Notes: generated by a model not told the origin, from the letters alone. A DNA stretch of 64,000 nt from an uncultured Gammaproteobacteria bacterium (GCA_964590345.1 CAZPVP010000004.1:42-64041), one strand, 5' to 3'. Positions 27,926 through 38,201 are shown, numbered from the stretch's first letter. A program made the numbers and translations.

Positions 27926-27930
27926 CTTGT

Positions 27931-28917
27931 TTACAAAACACCAATTTGTTTTTTTACCTCATTTAATGTTTTTTGAGCAATTTTTTGGGCTTTAGCAGCA
28001 CCTTCTTGAAGCACTTTTTCAATATATTCAGGATTTTTTTCTAATTCTTTACGTTTTTCACGATAAGGGGCAAAATACTGAGAGATTGCCATGGTTAAGG
28101 TTTCTTTTAATTCAGAATATTTTATAGTTTTATTTTTAATCTGTTCTTTAAAATGATTAATTTCATCAATAGTGCCAAATTCTGCCAATAAAGTCATTAA
28201 ATTTTGTGCACCGGCTGGTATTTTGTCTTCCTGACCCGTGCCAGTAACGGCTCTAGACAATTTTTGTTTAATTGTTTTAGGGCTGTCATTTATGGCTATA
28301 TAATGTCTTGGTCCGGCGCTTTTTGACATCTTTTTATCCGGCTCAATTAATGACATAACTTTTGGCACAGGTGTTAATAATGGTTTTATTGCTTTAAAAT
28401 AGGGGCCAAATTTATTATTAAACCAGCGAACAATTTTGTTTGTCAGTTCTAAGTGCTGGATTTGATCTTGGCCGACCGGAACAAAATCCGGCTGATAAAG
28501 CAAAATATCAGCAGCTTGCAAAACAGGATAATCAAGCAAACCGGCATTAATGTTTTGAGCTTGGCTGGCGGCTTTATCTTTAAATTGGGTCATTCTTTCA
28601 AGTTCGGTAATCGGTGTAATGGTATTAAAAATCCAGGTCAGTTCCGTGCATTGCGGCACATCGGGCTGGTTAAAAATTATACATTTATTAGGGTCTAAAC
28701 CAATAGCTAAAAAATCCAAAGCTAAATTAAAAATATCCTGTTTTTTCTTTTTGGGATCATAATTTTCAGAAATTGAATGATAAGTGGCCAGAAAAAAATA
28801 ACATTGGTATTTGTTTTGCAGCCCGACAAAATTTTTCAGCGAACCCAAATAATTGCCAATATGCAATTCACCGCTTGGCTGGACACCAGAAAGAACTATC
28901 TGTTTTTTGTTTGTCAT
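27931..28917 (-). CDS. trpS: Tryptophanyl-tRNA synthetase
   Basis: HIGH-type motif GELHIGNYLG; KMSKS (KKMSKSAG); 328 aa. Confidence 0.85.
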   Translation of the reverse strand: MTNKKQIVLSGVQPSGELHIGNYLGSLKNFVGLQNKYQCYFFLATYHSISENYDPKKKKQDIFNLALDFLAIGLDPNKCIIFNQPDVPQCTELTWIFNTITPITELERMTQFKDKAASQAQNINAGLLDYPVLQAADILLYQPDFVPVGQDQIQHLELTNKIVRWFNNKFGPYFKAIKPLLTPVPKVMSLIEPDKKMSKSAGPRHYIAINDSPKTIKQKLSRAVTGTGQEDKIPAGAQNLMTLLAEFGTIDEINHFKEQIKNKTIKYSELKETLTMAISQYFAPYREKRKELEKNPEYIEKVLQEGAAKAQKIAQKTLNEVKKQIGVL

Positions 28918-29146
28918 ATAATTTAATTTTACTGGTAATTTTGATTTATGTAAAGTGAACCAAAGAGAAATAACATGCCTTGCAGAGTGTTTTGTGATTG
29001 ATTAAAAAAAGCAAATTTTTGTGTTTTCGGGATTTTATTTTGGCTTTTTTCTTTGCAGAGAAATCTAAAATAAAATTTTTTTATAATCTAAAAAAATAAA
29101 AAACCGGATTTTTAGTAAAATCCGGTTTAACACTAAAGAAAAAGTA

Positions 29147-30169
29147 TTAGGGGATATTAGGATCATCGTCGTCTGGATCCAGATTATCTGTGACCCAGTC
29201 GTTGTCCGAATCCCTTTGATTTTCCTGATAGGTGGTGTCCTCGCAGCGGTCGCCGATGCCGTTATTATCAGCATCCGTTTGCTGCGTGTTTGTAAAAAGG
29301 TGACAATTGTCCGGGCCGCCATTTTGCGGACCGTCTGGTACTGTGTCGCCGTCATAATCGAGAATGATTTCCACTTCGACTTCACCATCACCATCATCTC
29401 CGTCATTTAGGAATGGGCAGAGATCAGGATCAGGTACGAAACAAACAGGATAGCCACAGCCGAGTTCGCACTGTCCGGTATCAGGATTTGGCGCGATATA
29501 GTCGTCGGTTGTGTAGGTGTAGGTAAAGGTGTCATCTACTGTTACATAAAGTGGAGCAACCGTATCAGCATACCATTCTACATCGCCGGGTTCGCCATCT
29601 CCGATTGCCTGTACTGTAGCGTCGACTGTGCCAAAGAAAGGATAACCTCTAGTATAGGTTGTGGCACAGCCACCGGCCAAGGGCGTATCCCAGATGCTTA
29701 TCCATGCATTCTCGGCAATTGGATCATAATGGCTCAAGGCCAGGTAGCCAGTAACAGTCGAGTCATAGCAGACAGTTACTTTAAAGCCAGTTGCTGCTTC
29801 GCACAGATTATCAGGGTCATCAGGGCAAGGATCAAGAGGTGAACAAATGGGTGTCCATCCTTCTGGCCAAGTGCTTTCATCTGCACCTACGCATTGTCTT
29901 GTAGATTGCCCGCTTTCTGGCAACATGTCGCCATCGGCATCCGGACACATTTCTATCCACGCCCATCTGTTTGGATCATCAGGCGCACAATCAGATTCGT
30001 CAGGCACGCCATCTTGATCTGAATCGACGGTAGTATCACCGTCTCCATTTTCATGTGTCGTAGTGTTGTTTGTTTCACTGTTGTCATCTCCGCCGCAATT
30101 CATTGTTGCTACGATACAGAGAACGATTAACATACAAAATAAAAGCAAAAACTTTCCCTTTTCTTTCAT
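29147..30169 (-). CDS. Secreted lipoprotein with thrombospondin-type-3-like Ca-binding repeats; GC-rich
   Basis: Signal peptide and lipobox (IVATMNCGG); D-x-D-x-DG-x-x-D repeats; paralog of the gene at 30492-31205. Confidence 0.55.
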   Translation of the reverse strand: MKEKGKFLLLFCMLIVLCIVATMNCGGDDNSETNNTTTHENGDGDTTVDSDQDGVPDESDCAPDDPNRWAWIEMCPDADGDMLPESGQSTRQCVGADESTWPEGWTPICSPLDPCPDDPDNLCEAATGFKVTVCYDSTVTGYLALSHYDPIAENAWISIWDTPLAGGCATTYTRGYPFFGTVDATVQAIGDGEPGDVEWYADTVAPLYVTVDDTFTYTYTTDDYIAPNPDTGQCELGCGYPVCFVPDPDLCPFLNDGDDGDGEVEVEIILDYDGDTVPDGPQNGGPDNCHLFTNTQQTDADNNGIGDRCEDTTYQENQRDSDNDWVTDNLDPDDDDPNIP

Positions 30170-30491
30170 TGGATTTACCTCCTTTATTGAATTTATTATT
30201 TTTAAAGGGCGTTCTTTTTTTGTTTCACCTTTATATTTTAAAGTAGCTGTTTTTTTAAGCTACTAAAATAAATTAATTGTTATCTCTTAAGCTTAACTTA
30301 TTTTAGCAGCCTAAGCTTATTTATAACGTTTTCTATTTTATATTGTAACAGAATATTGTAGATTAGCATGTTTTAAAAATCTTGTCAAGTTTTTGTATAG
30401 TTAACACCAAGGGGGTTACGGGTTTTTAAATATTTTAGATAAAAGAAAAAGGCTAACTTTTTGAGTTAGCCTTTTAAAACAGGTTGGCGTT

Positions 30492-31205
30492 TTATTCCCA
30501 CAAATGTGTGGGGCAATCATCTTCTTGAACCATACAGAATGGGTACCCATATCCGAGATTTGGGTCGGCGACATAATCATCAGCCGTATATGGTCCGGTA
30601 GTGTAGATTAATTCATCAGTCAGGGCAGACCTGACCGTGATTTCGCAAGGCGGTCGGTCTTGCGCGTACCAACTGGTGTACGGATCGTATTTGTCCGAAT
30701 TTGTTGGTACGTTTGTACTGTCAGCAAATCCGTAAGTGATTACTGTTGGAGTACCGATGGGGATTTCCCATGATGCACATCCGTCTGCGTCAATTACAGC
30801 GTCATGCCACTGGATCCATTCCTCTTGATCTTGATTAGGGGCCGGATGAGCTATTGTAAGATAGCCCTCCAAAGCATCACAGTAGCAGACTTTGACAACC
30901 TTTTCCAAATTTTCGCAGGATGTGTCTCCGTCAAGGTCAACGCAGGGGTCGTCATCATCACAGACAGTATCACCGTCTTGGTCACCGGTTATGCAGTCAT
31001 CGCAGAGAGTGTCTCCGTCTACATCAATGCAGTCATCCACATCGTCGCAGACAGTATCTCCGTCGGCGTCGCCTGCTGTACAGGTGGTGTCTCCTCCGTT
31101 CGTATTGTTTGTGTTGTTCGTAGTGCTGTTATCGTCTCCGCCACAGGCCGTAAATATGGTTACAGCAAACAAGACGCTTAGAAAGACAAGAAACGTTTTT
31201 CTCAT
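30492..31205 (-). CDS. Secreted lipoprotein with Asp/Cys-rich Ca-binding-like repeats; paralog of the gene at 29147-30169
   Basis: Signal peptide IFTACGGDDNS; repeated DGDTxCDD motifs; C-terminal half alignable with the upstream paralog. Confidence 0.55.
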   Translation of the reverse strand: MRKTFLVFLSVLFAVTIFTACGGDDNSTTNNTNNTNGGDTTCTAGDADGDTVCDDVDDCIDVDGDTLCDDCITGDQDGDTVCDDDDPCVDLDGDTSCENLEKVVKVCYCDALEGYLTIAHPAPNQDQEEWIQWHDAVIDADGCASWEIPIGTPTVITYGFADSTNVPTNSDKYDPYTSWYAQDRPPCEITVRSALTDELIYTTGPYTADDYVADPNLGYGYPFCMVQEDDCPTHLWE

Positions 31206-31348
31206 TTACGTTTTCCTCCTTTTTTTAAAAATTTTTTGCCAACCTGTTAGTTTATTTGTCAAAGTAGTGATTTAAACTACTGGAATAAATCAATTTTTAT
31301 AAATTAACTTATTTCAGTGGCCAAATTGAGATTTTTAGTTAATAAACC

Positions 31349-31377
31349 ATTGTAGCATATTTTAATAAATTTGTCAA
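31349..31377 (-). promoter_or_regulatory. Consensus promoter TTGACA-17-TACAAT (representative copy) shared by the three secreted-protein genes
   Basis: Minus strand gcTTGACAaatttattaaaatatgcTACAATgg. Homologous copies sit at 32992-33020 and 30355-30388 (the latter has a variant -10 or spacer). Confidence 0.5.
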
Positions 31378-31594
31378 GCTTTTAAATGGCAAGAGCCCCC
31401 GCCCAATGCCAAATATTAGGGCTTACTGCTCTGCTAGCCAAAAATTTCAATAAATAATAGAACTGTTAGTATGAAATTCAAAACTGATTAATCAAGTATT
31501 TTAATAGTATTTTTTATAAAAAAGATTATTTTTGAAAAGAAAAAACGGGCTTTAAAAAATAAAGCCCGTTATGCGAAAAGGTATTAATCACCAA

Positions 31595-32824
31595 TCACCA
31601 TGGAGGACAGATGCCGCCATCACCTGCGCCATTAGCGCCTTCGCCGCAAGCACCGCCAGCGGCAACAACAGCACCGCCAACAATTACTGTCCCAATAACC
31701 CCGCAAATGACTGGATGGCGTTTACAGTACCAGCCATCTTTTTTCTTGGGGGGCGGTGGAGGCGATGAAGCAGTAGACGGATCAATCGGTGTGGCGCGTT
31801 TAATGCAAATCACCGTGATTACAATTTTATCATCTACCACCTTTTGTGCAATAAGACAGTTGGAGGGGATATTGTGATAGGATATTTCAGGCGATGTGCA
31901 TTCGGGGCAGGTCTCTTCTGGCCGGGAAGGCGTAATGGGTATCTCGCCGGTTCTTTCGACCACTCGGTTTTCAGAAACAACAACCGCGATGACGGCCTGA
32001 TTGTCTAATTGACCTCCAGGCCGAATGCCCCAGCTGGCGAATTTAATTCTTCGTATAGCTGTGGGGGGCACCCCTCTGCTGAGGAGCTCCCTGTGTACCG
32101 CAGTTGTCCTGGCATAGGCCAGAGCTTCATTACACTTACGGTTGCCCCTAACCTTGTATGCATTGGCTGGGGCAGTCCCTTCTCTGTGAACGCTGACCGT
32201 CGCGATATAGTTATAGTCAGGCGTTACATAGCAAGCACCAAATTTTACTCTGGAGCTTTGCCCATGCAGAAGGATAAGTCGGTGCGGTTTTTTCCCTTCA
32301 GCTGTCAATGTAGCTAGGTCAGGTTCCATGCTGGGCACAATACGATTCGTTGCTGTTGGGAACTTTTCGATGATCACAAATGGGTCAGCCCAACCAAGAA
32401 CAGTATTTCCGTGAGGGATAGTGTTGAGATTCACGTCCGGGTGTTCACCCTGAGTACCAGTGGAAGTAACCATATCTGTGGTGACCGGAACAACGCTCCC
32501 GTTTGGCAGTTTGACCAAGATTTGGTACACGGTACCACTTGGTCTTGCCAATGGGTTGGCACTCGGGATTGAACCGCTAGGCCAGCCATTGCCGTTTTTA
32601 GAGGTCACTTTATAAGTTTCACCAGCTTTGACCAGCAGAATGTTGCCACTTGCCCAGTCAAACGAAGGTGGCACAGTGACCGTCAGGTTTTCAGCTTCTC
32701 TTGTCGGCGCATCAGGCATGGGATGAGTTCCAGCCAGCGCAAAGTTGTAGAGCGTGCTGTAAACCATAAAGATTCCGGCCATGATTATCCTTGTTTTTTT
32801 GAAGACTGTTTTTTTCTTGAACAT
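31595..32824 (-). CDS. Secreted protein, GC-rich, possible OmpA-like C-terminal region plus Pro-rich and Gly-rich hydrophobic tail
   Basis: N-terminal signal peptide. The segment HREGTAPANAYKVRGNRKCNEALAYARTTAVHRELLSRGV resembles OmpA_C (weak). C-terminal PPPPPKKK and G/A/V-rich tail. Confidence 0.4.
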   Translation of the reverse strand: MFKKKTVFKKTRIIMAGIFMVYSTLYNFALAGTHPMPDAPTREAENLTVTVPPSFDWASGNILLVKAGETYKVTSKNGNGWPSGSIPSANPLARPSGTVYQILVKLPNGSVVPVTTDMVTSTGTQGEHPDVNLNTIPHGNTVLGWADPFVIIEKFPTATNRIVPSMEPDLATLTAEGKKPHRLILLHGQSSRVKFGACYVTPDYNYIATVSVHREGTAPANAYKVRGNRKCNEALAYARTTAVHRELLSRGVPPTAIRRIKFASWGIRPGGQLDNQAVIAVVVSENRVVERTGEIPITPSRPEETCPECTSPEISYHNIPSNCLIAQKVVDDKIVITVICIKRATPIDPSTASSPPPPPKKKDGWYCKRHPVICGVIGTVIVGGAVVAAGGACGEGANGAGDGGICPPW

Positions 32825-33126
32825 TTAAATACCTCCTTTTTGGTTTTTTTTATTCTCAAGGTTCTTCAGATTAATACCTTTTTTCCTACTTATATTTTAA
32901 AGCAGCTTGTTAATTAAGCTACTAAAAGAAAATAATTTTTAAAGTTATTTTATTTCAATAGCCTAAATCAATAATTTGGTTTTAATAAACCATTGTAGCA
33001 TATTTTAAAATGTTTGTCAAGCGATTATGGTTTTTTAAAAAGGTTTTTTTATTATCTATAAAATAATAAAAAAAACCGGGTAAATTTTTAAAATAACCCG
33101 GTAAATTTATTTATCATTTTTTTGAA

Positions 33127-33246
33127 TTAAGGAGCTGGTGGCCACTGGTATTTGCCGCCAGGTGCAGGTGGTCCTTCGTAGTTGCCACTAGGAGCTGGTG
33201 GCCCTTCATAGTCATTGCTAGGAGCTGGTGGCCCTTGGTAATCAGG
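33127..33246. repeat. 4 x 30-bp in-frame tandem repeat within the CDS
   Basis: AGGAGCTGGTGGCCCTTC(A/G)TAGT... units read directly. Confidence 0.7.
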
Positions 33247-33810
33247 TGTGGTTTTTTTAAGTGGTGATGTATATTTTTTTGATCTTTTTCTTGGTTTTCG
33301 CGGTGGTTTTTTTCTCGTTACTTTTTTCGAGGATTTTGTGACAGTTATTTCTTTATGCTTTTGCTTGATAGTTGGTTTTTTCGGCGTTTTTTTTTCACAA
33401 GGATTGCATTTTTTTTGTGCATCTTTTTTAATTTTTGGCAGGTTTTTTTTTGACCACGAGCACCAGTTGGTGCAAAAATAGCTGGTTACATTGAAGTCAT
33501 TCAATTCATTGTCATCAGGAATCGGCAAATGAAATTTTTTCAGAATCGCAAGTCTTGTCAGTGCTCTTTTGTGAAACAAGTCTTTTTCTTTTTTTAATTG
33601 TTTGATTTTTTCTTTCAGTTTGGCAATTTCTTGTTTCGCATCATCATTGGGGCCACCTTTGGTTGAGCTTTTATTGTCAGGTGAAATCTGCTCGTTGTGG
33701 TCATTAAATCCCTTGAAAGTGGCCAAGCCAAGCAAAATTATTGCAATTAAAATCCCTAACTTGATCAGCCATTTGGAACCGCTGCTTTCTGGTTCAGATG
33801 CTGTTGCCAT
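33127..33810 (-). CDS. Membrane-anchored Lys-rich protein with C-terminal DYxGPPAPS tandem repeats
   Basis: One TM near the N-terminus; K/P-rich linker; four 30-bp DNA tandem repeats (33127-33246) encode (D)YEGPPAPSxN. Confidence 0.5.
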   Translation of the reverse strand: MATASEPESSGSKWLIKLGILIAIILLGLATFKGFNDHNEQISPDNKSSTKGGPNDDAKQEIAKLKEKIKQLKKEKDLFHKRALTRLAILKKFHLPIPDDNELNDFNVTSYFCTNWCSWSKKNLPKIKKDAQKKCNPCEKKTPKKPTIKQKHKEITVTKSSKKVTRKKPPRKPRKRSKKYTSPLKKTTPDYQGPPAPSNDYEGPPAPSGNYEGPPAPGGKYQWPPAP

Positions 33811-33950
33811 ATAAGTACCTCCTTTTGTGATTTTTATTTTTCAAAGAATACCTTTAAAGAATACCTTTATTGAAGCCAATTTGGCTTAATAGTATATTTT
33901 AGCAGTTTTTTTTGATTTGTCAATAGTAATTGATCTTTTTAAAAGATAAA

Positions 33951-34150
33951 TACCGCCGGCTCTCTGCCGGCGGTAGCTTATTTAATTCCATACAGGAAAC
34001 CCCAACGACTGAAAAGCTCGAAGCGAGCTTTGAAGGATTTGGGGGATGAATGCGTGTGAACACTAAAGTGTTCGCACGGTTAACGAGCCGCGAAGCGGCT
34101 CGAGTAGCGGAGCAAAGGAAACCCCCAGCGACCGAAGGGAGCTGGGGGAG
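33951..34150. ncRNA. GC-rich five-hairpin structured element downstream of rnj (candidate ncRNA or terminator/REP-like cluster)
   Basis: Perfect hairpins: TACCGCCGGC-TCTCT-GCCGGCGGTA (33951-33975), AAAGCTCG-AAG-CGAGCTTT (34013-34031), GTGTGAACACT..AGTGTTCGCAC (34054-34077), GAGCCGC-GAA-GCGGCTC (34085-34101), CCCCCAGC...GCTGGGGG (34123-34148). No credible ORF. Confidence 0.4.
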
Positions 34151-34175
34151 GACGTCATTTATATTTTATAAGCTA

Positions 34176-35891
34176 TTAAACCTTGATAACAACTGGCAAA
34201 ATCATGGGACGTCGTTTGGTTTGCTGATATAAATACTGGCCGATTTCATCACGAATTTTGTTTTTAATAAAATCATCAAAAGCAGACGATTTTGTGTCAG
34301 TATCTTCGCAGATTTTTTTTACTTTCATGCGGGTTGATTCAATTAATTTTTTGTTTTCTTTCATATAAACAAAACCGCGTGAAATAATATCAGGATTGCC
34401 AATTAATTTGCCAGTTTTGCCTTCAATGGTCGCTATAACAACCAGCATGCCGTCGGCTGACATGACTCTTCTGTCTCTTAAAACAATATTGGAAACATCC
34501 CCTACACCTAAACCATCAACCATAACATAATCAGCTGGCACGTGTTCTTTTGTTAAGCGTCCGCCCTGTTTAGTAAATTCCATAACTTGGCCATTATCAG
34601 CAACAAAAATATTATTTTTTGGGATGCCAACACTTTCAGCGATTTCGCCATTAATCCTTAACATGTAATGATTAGCTTCAATAGGAATATAATATTGAGG
34701 TTTGAGCAAACGGATTAAAAGCTTTAAATCTTCTTTTTTGGCATGGCCGCCGGCATGGACATCCATCATTTTATAATGGATAACTTTGCCACCTTTACGA
34801 TATAAAGTGTCTTTTAGATGCTGAATTGTCCTTTCATTGCCTGGAATTACAGATGAAGAAAAAATAATGGTATCGCCTTGTTTCACGTGCAGATATCTAT
34901 GCTCATCATTGGCAAACCTGACTAAAAAGGCGTTTTGTTCGCCTTGTGCTCCGGAGCCGATTATAACTATTTTATTGTCAGGATATTTTTTTTCATTATA
35001 GCTTTCAGATGCGATTAATGTTCCCGGTTTTACTTTTAAATACCCCAATTTATGGGCAATTTCAACATTGGTTTTCATGCTGCGGCCTTCAATCATGACT
35101 TTACGATTGAATTTTTCGGCCATACTAATAATTTGCTGTATGCGATTTAAAAGTGAAGCAAATGTGCCGACAATAATCCGGCCATGGGCTTTTTCAAAAA
35201 TCATTTCTAAATCATCACTAACTTTTGTTTCAGAAATTTGATGGCCTGATTCTTCGGCATTAGTGCTGTCAGCCATTAAAGCCAAGACGCCTTGCCAGCC
35301 GATTTTGGCAATTTTAGTTAAATCAGCCGGCTTATCATTAATTGGGTTATAGTCAATTTTAAAATCACCAGAATGAACTATTGTGCCGAGAGGCGTTTTT
35401 ACCACTACGCCGAAGCTATCCGGCACATTATGATTAACTCTGAAAAATTCGACATTAAAAGCCCCCAGTTTTAAATTACTGTTTTCGTCAATAGTGTAAA
35501 ATTTTAATTTTGGCGCGTTTTTAAATTCTTCCTGCCTTTTTTGAATGATGCCGACAGAAAGTTTTGCAGTATAAATGATCGGGTTGCCAATTTTAGGCAT
35601 AATATGAGGGATTGCACCAATATGATCATAATGGCTGTGAGTAATAATTACTCCTTTAACATTTTTTTCTTTGCCTTTTAAATAAGATATGTTGGGAATA
35701 ATATAATCAATCCCGGGCATATCTTCTTCAGGAAACTGCAATCCCATATCAATTATAATTATGTCCTGACCATATTCAAACAGGGTCATATTACGGCCGA
35801 CTTCTTCAAGCCCACCTAATACCATAACTTTTAATTTTTGTTCTTTTGAAAAATTGCCCGTTTTTGAACGGTTTGTTTTCTTATAAACCAT
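34176..35891 (-). CDS. rnj: Ribonuclease J (beta-CASP metallo-beta-lactamase)
   Basis: HSHYDHIGAIP (HxHxDH), beta-CASP motifs, 571 aa. Confidence 0.85.
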   Translation of the reverse strand: MVYKKTNRSKTGNFSKEQKLKVMVLGGLEEVGRNMTLFEYGQDIIIIDMGLQFPEEDMPGIDYIIPNISYLKGKEKNVKGVIITHSHYDHIGAIPHIMPKIGNPIIYTAKLSVGIIQKRQEEFKNAPKLKFYTIDENSNLKLGAFNVEFFRVNHNVPDSFGVVVKTPLGTIVHSGDFKIDYNPINDKPADLTKIAKIGWQGVLALMADSTNAEESGHQISETKVSDDLEMIFEKAHGRIIVGTFASLLNRIQQIISMAEKFNRKVMIEGRSMKTNVEIAHKLGYLKVKPGTLIASESYNEKKYPDNKIVIIGSGAQGEQNAFLVRFANDEHRYLHVKQGDTIIFSSSVIPGNERTIQHLKDTLYRKGGKVIHYKMMDVHAGGHAKKEDLKLLIRLLKPQYYIPIEANHYMLRINGEIAESVGIPKNNIFVADNGQVMEFTKQGGRLTKEHVPADYVMVDGLGVGDVSNIVLRDRRVMSADGMLVVIATIEGKTGKLIGNPDIISRGFVYMKENKKLIESTRMKVKKICEDTDTKSSAFDDFIKNKIRDEIGQYLYQQTKRRPMILPVVIKV

Positions 35892-35971
35892 AAATTTAAA
35901 TTTTTAATTAATGATGCACAAATGTATAATGTGTAATTACACATTGTTCATTTGAAAAAAGAGTTCAATTT

Positions 35972-35997
35972 ATCATGTCGCTCACGAATGACGTGAT
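35972..35997. repeat. 26-bp near-palindromic element ATCATGTCGCTCACGAATGACGTGAT (copy 2)
   Basis: 23/26 identical to 10755-10780; lies between the SBP stop and the rnj start. Confidence 0.5.
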
Positions 35998-37833
35998 TTA
36001 TTTAAAAAAAATTTTTTCAGTTTTTATATATCGGTTTTCAATATTAATAAAACGATCAAAAGGATTAGCGATCCTTTGAAGATTAAAGCCTTTGATTTTT
36101 TTGTTGACTGGATAAGTATAAGTCGGGGTATAAAGAAAAATAGCAGGCAAATCTTCAATCAGCAAGTTTTGAAATTCTTGATAATTTTTGTTTCTTAAGT
36201 CGTTGTCATTGGTTAAACGAGCTTCTTCTAAAAGCTGATCAGCCCGACGATTGGCATATTTGGCCAAATTGACTCCCGGGGCTTCTCTTTGTGAAGAGTG
36301 CCAAAAAGGAAAAAGATCAGGATCATAGCCAATAATTTCACCATAAAGCAGGGCTTGGTAATTGCGCGGATTAATTATTTCTTTTTCTATTTTATCTTTA
36401 GGCGCTATTTGTAATTCAGCTTTAATGCCGATACTCTCCCAAGACTCTTTAATTAAATTAGCAGTTTTGATATTTTCTGATTGTTCAATAGTCGTAAGAA
36501 TAATTTTTAATTCTTGGTCATCTTTTTTGAGAGTTTCGCCGTCCAGATCCCAGCCGTCATTAGCCAAAAGTTTAACTGCTTTTTCTGGATCATAATTATA
36601 TTTTTTAATTTCAGGATTATAACCCAAAAAGTCAGGTAAAATCGGGCCATCAATAATTTGACCTTGATTTTGCAGGACGTCTTCAAGTATTTTGTTTTTA
36701 TCAATAGAATAGCTGAGAGCTTCTTTTATTTTTTTATTTTCTAAAAGTTCATTGTTTTTTGAATTGAAAAAGACAGCTGTATATTGAGAGAGAGGGATGT
36801 TATATAAATTTAAATCCCTTTTGTTGCTGAATTTTTTTAGATATTCTTTTGGCAAAAATCCCAGACTTTGCACCTCTTTGTTAATTAGTGCATCAATAGC
36901 ATTTTCATAATTAGGATAAAATTTGAAAATTATTTTATTAATATAAGGGATTTTGCCATAATAATCTTTATTTTTTTCTAAAACATAAAGTTTGATTATA
37001 CCGCTTTTTTCTTTAACTAAAGACTTAAATTTAAAAGGGCCGCTGCCAATTGGCTTTTGATTATAAACAGCTAATTTAGCATTAATAGCTGGGATATCAT
37101 ACCAAAGATGTTGAGGAATAAGACCAACAGTTAAAATATTTAAAAAAGCAGCGTAAGGTTCTTGTAAAGTAAATCTAACTGTGTAATCATCAATTTTTTC
37201 TACAGTGACTCCTTCAAAACTACGATAAAGCGGGCTTTTAAAATCAGGGTTTTGAATGCTTTGTATGGTAAAAACAACATCAGAAGCAGTTATTTTTTCG
37301 CCGTCATGCCATTGGGCATTTTTTTTCAAATGAAAAGTGTAAGTTTTTTGGTCTTCTGAAATCTCATATTTTTCAGCTAAATCCGGAACAATTTCTAAGT
37401 TTTCATTGTATTTTAAGAGGCCAGAAAAAATTAAATGGGAAAGATCTAAATCAGCATTGATATGGCTTTGAGCTAAAATTGGGTTAATATATAAAGGAGA
37501 GCCGATCAATCCTTCGGAACATTCACCGCCATTTTTAGGGGCAGTGGTTAATTTTTTAAAATAATTTGTATAAATTAAAAAAGAAGAGCAAATTAAGACT
37601 ATAATCAATAAAATTTGAATTATTTGATATTCTTTTTTGGAAATAGTTTTTGGCAACTGTTTTAACTGTTTCCAACGCGGAAATTTATGGCCATTTAATT
37701 TAGTAATGATTTTTTTATCTAAGTTTTTCTGTTTAGAAATTTTTCGTGATTTTTTGATTTTGGCTAATTGAAAAACAACAAAACTTTTTAAGTTTCGGCT
37801 TAAATCAGAAAGAAATTTAATTTTAGAAGCCAC
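35998..37833 (-). CDS. ABC transporter substrate-binding protein, family 5 (oligopeptide/nickel type)
   Basis: N-terminal TM/signal anchor, SBP_bac_5-like length and motifs (611 aa). Confidence 0.7.
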   Translation of the reverse strand: MASKIKFLSDLSRNLKSFVVFQLAKIKKSRKISKQKNLDKKIITKLNGHKFPRWKQLKQLPKTISKKEYQIIQILLIIVLICSSFLIYTNYFKKLTTAPKNGGECSEGLIGSPLYINPILAQSHINADLDLSHLIFSGLLKYNENLEIVPDLAEKYEISEDQKTYTFHLKKNAQWHDGEKITASDVVFTIQSIQNPDFKSPLYRSFEGVTVEKIDDYTVRFTLQEPYAAFLNILTVGLIPQHLWYDIPAINAKLAVYNQKPIGSGPFKFKSLVKEKSGIIKLYVLEKNKDYYGKIPYINKIIFKFYPNYENAIDALINKEVQSLGFLPKEYLKKFSNKRDLNLYNIPLSQYTAVFFNSKNNELLENKKIKEALSYSIDKNKILEDVLQNQGQIIDGPILPDFLGYNPEIKKYNYDPEKAVKLLANDGWDLDGETLKKDDQELKIILTTIEQSENIKTANLIKESWESIGIKAELQIAPKDKIEKEIINPRNYQALLYGEIIGYDPDLFPFWHSSQREAPGVNLAKYANRRADQLLEEARLTNDNDLRNKNYQEFQNLLIEDLPAIFLYTPTYTYPVNKKIKGFNLQRIANPFDRFINIENRYIKTEKIFFK

Positions 37834-37872
37834 GGATTAGAATTTAAAATTATTTATTTATAAGAGAAGTGA

Positions 37873-38082
37873 TTAATATAAAATATTTAACAGTGCTGTT
37901 CCTAAAAACAAAATTGACAAGATAACCGTCACAATATGTAGAGATTTTTCTAGCCCTCTTTTGGTACGATAGATATTGCCTTCACCGCCAAAAGCAGCAC
38001 CTAGGCCAGAACCACGGTGTTGTAATAAAATAACAGCAATTAAAACAATTGATAAAACAATTTGAATAATATTTAATAACAT
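37873..38082 (-). CDS. secG: Preprotein translocase subunit SecG
   Basis: 69 aa, two TM helices, LLQHRGSGLGAAFGG motif. Confidence 0.75.
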   Translation of the reverse strand: MLLNIIQIVLSIVLIAVILLQHRGSGLGAAFGGEGNIYRTKRGLEKSLHIVTVILSILFLGTALLNILY

Positions 38083-38201
38083 ATTTGTAAAGCTTAACAG
38101 AAGTTAATTTACTTGTCAACCTTAATATTGGTTTTTTATTATAGGAATTTTTATTAGATATGTTATAATAAAATTATAAACTTAAATTAAAAAAAAGACA
38201 A

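Noticed and set aside
30804-31275. + strand ORFs 30804-31181, 30892-31275 and 30920-31123
   Set aside because: Antisense shadows inside the GC-rich lipoprotein gene at 30492-31205. They are low-complexity (R/S/H-rich) and have no start context.
31571-32317. + strand ORFs 31571-31768, 31611-31877 and 32009-32317
   Set aside because: Antisense shadows of the GC-rich secreted-protein gene at 31595-32824.
34050-34232. ORF of 60 aa inside the structured region downstream of rnj
   Set aside because: It overlaps stacked perfect hairpins and has no RBS. It is read instead as part of a structured RNA or terminator element.
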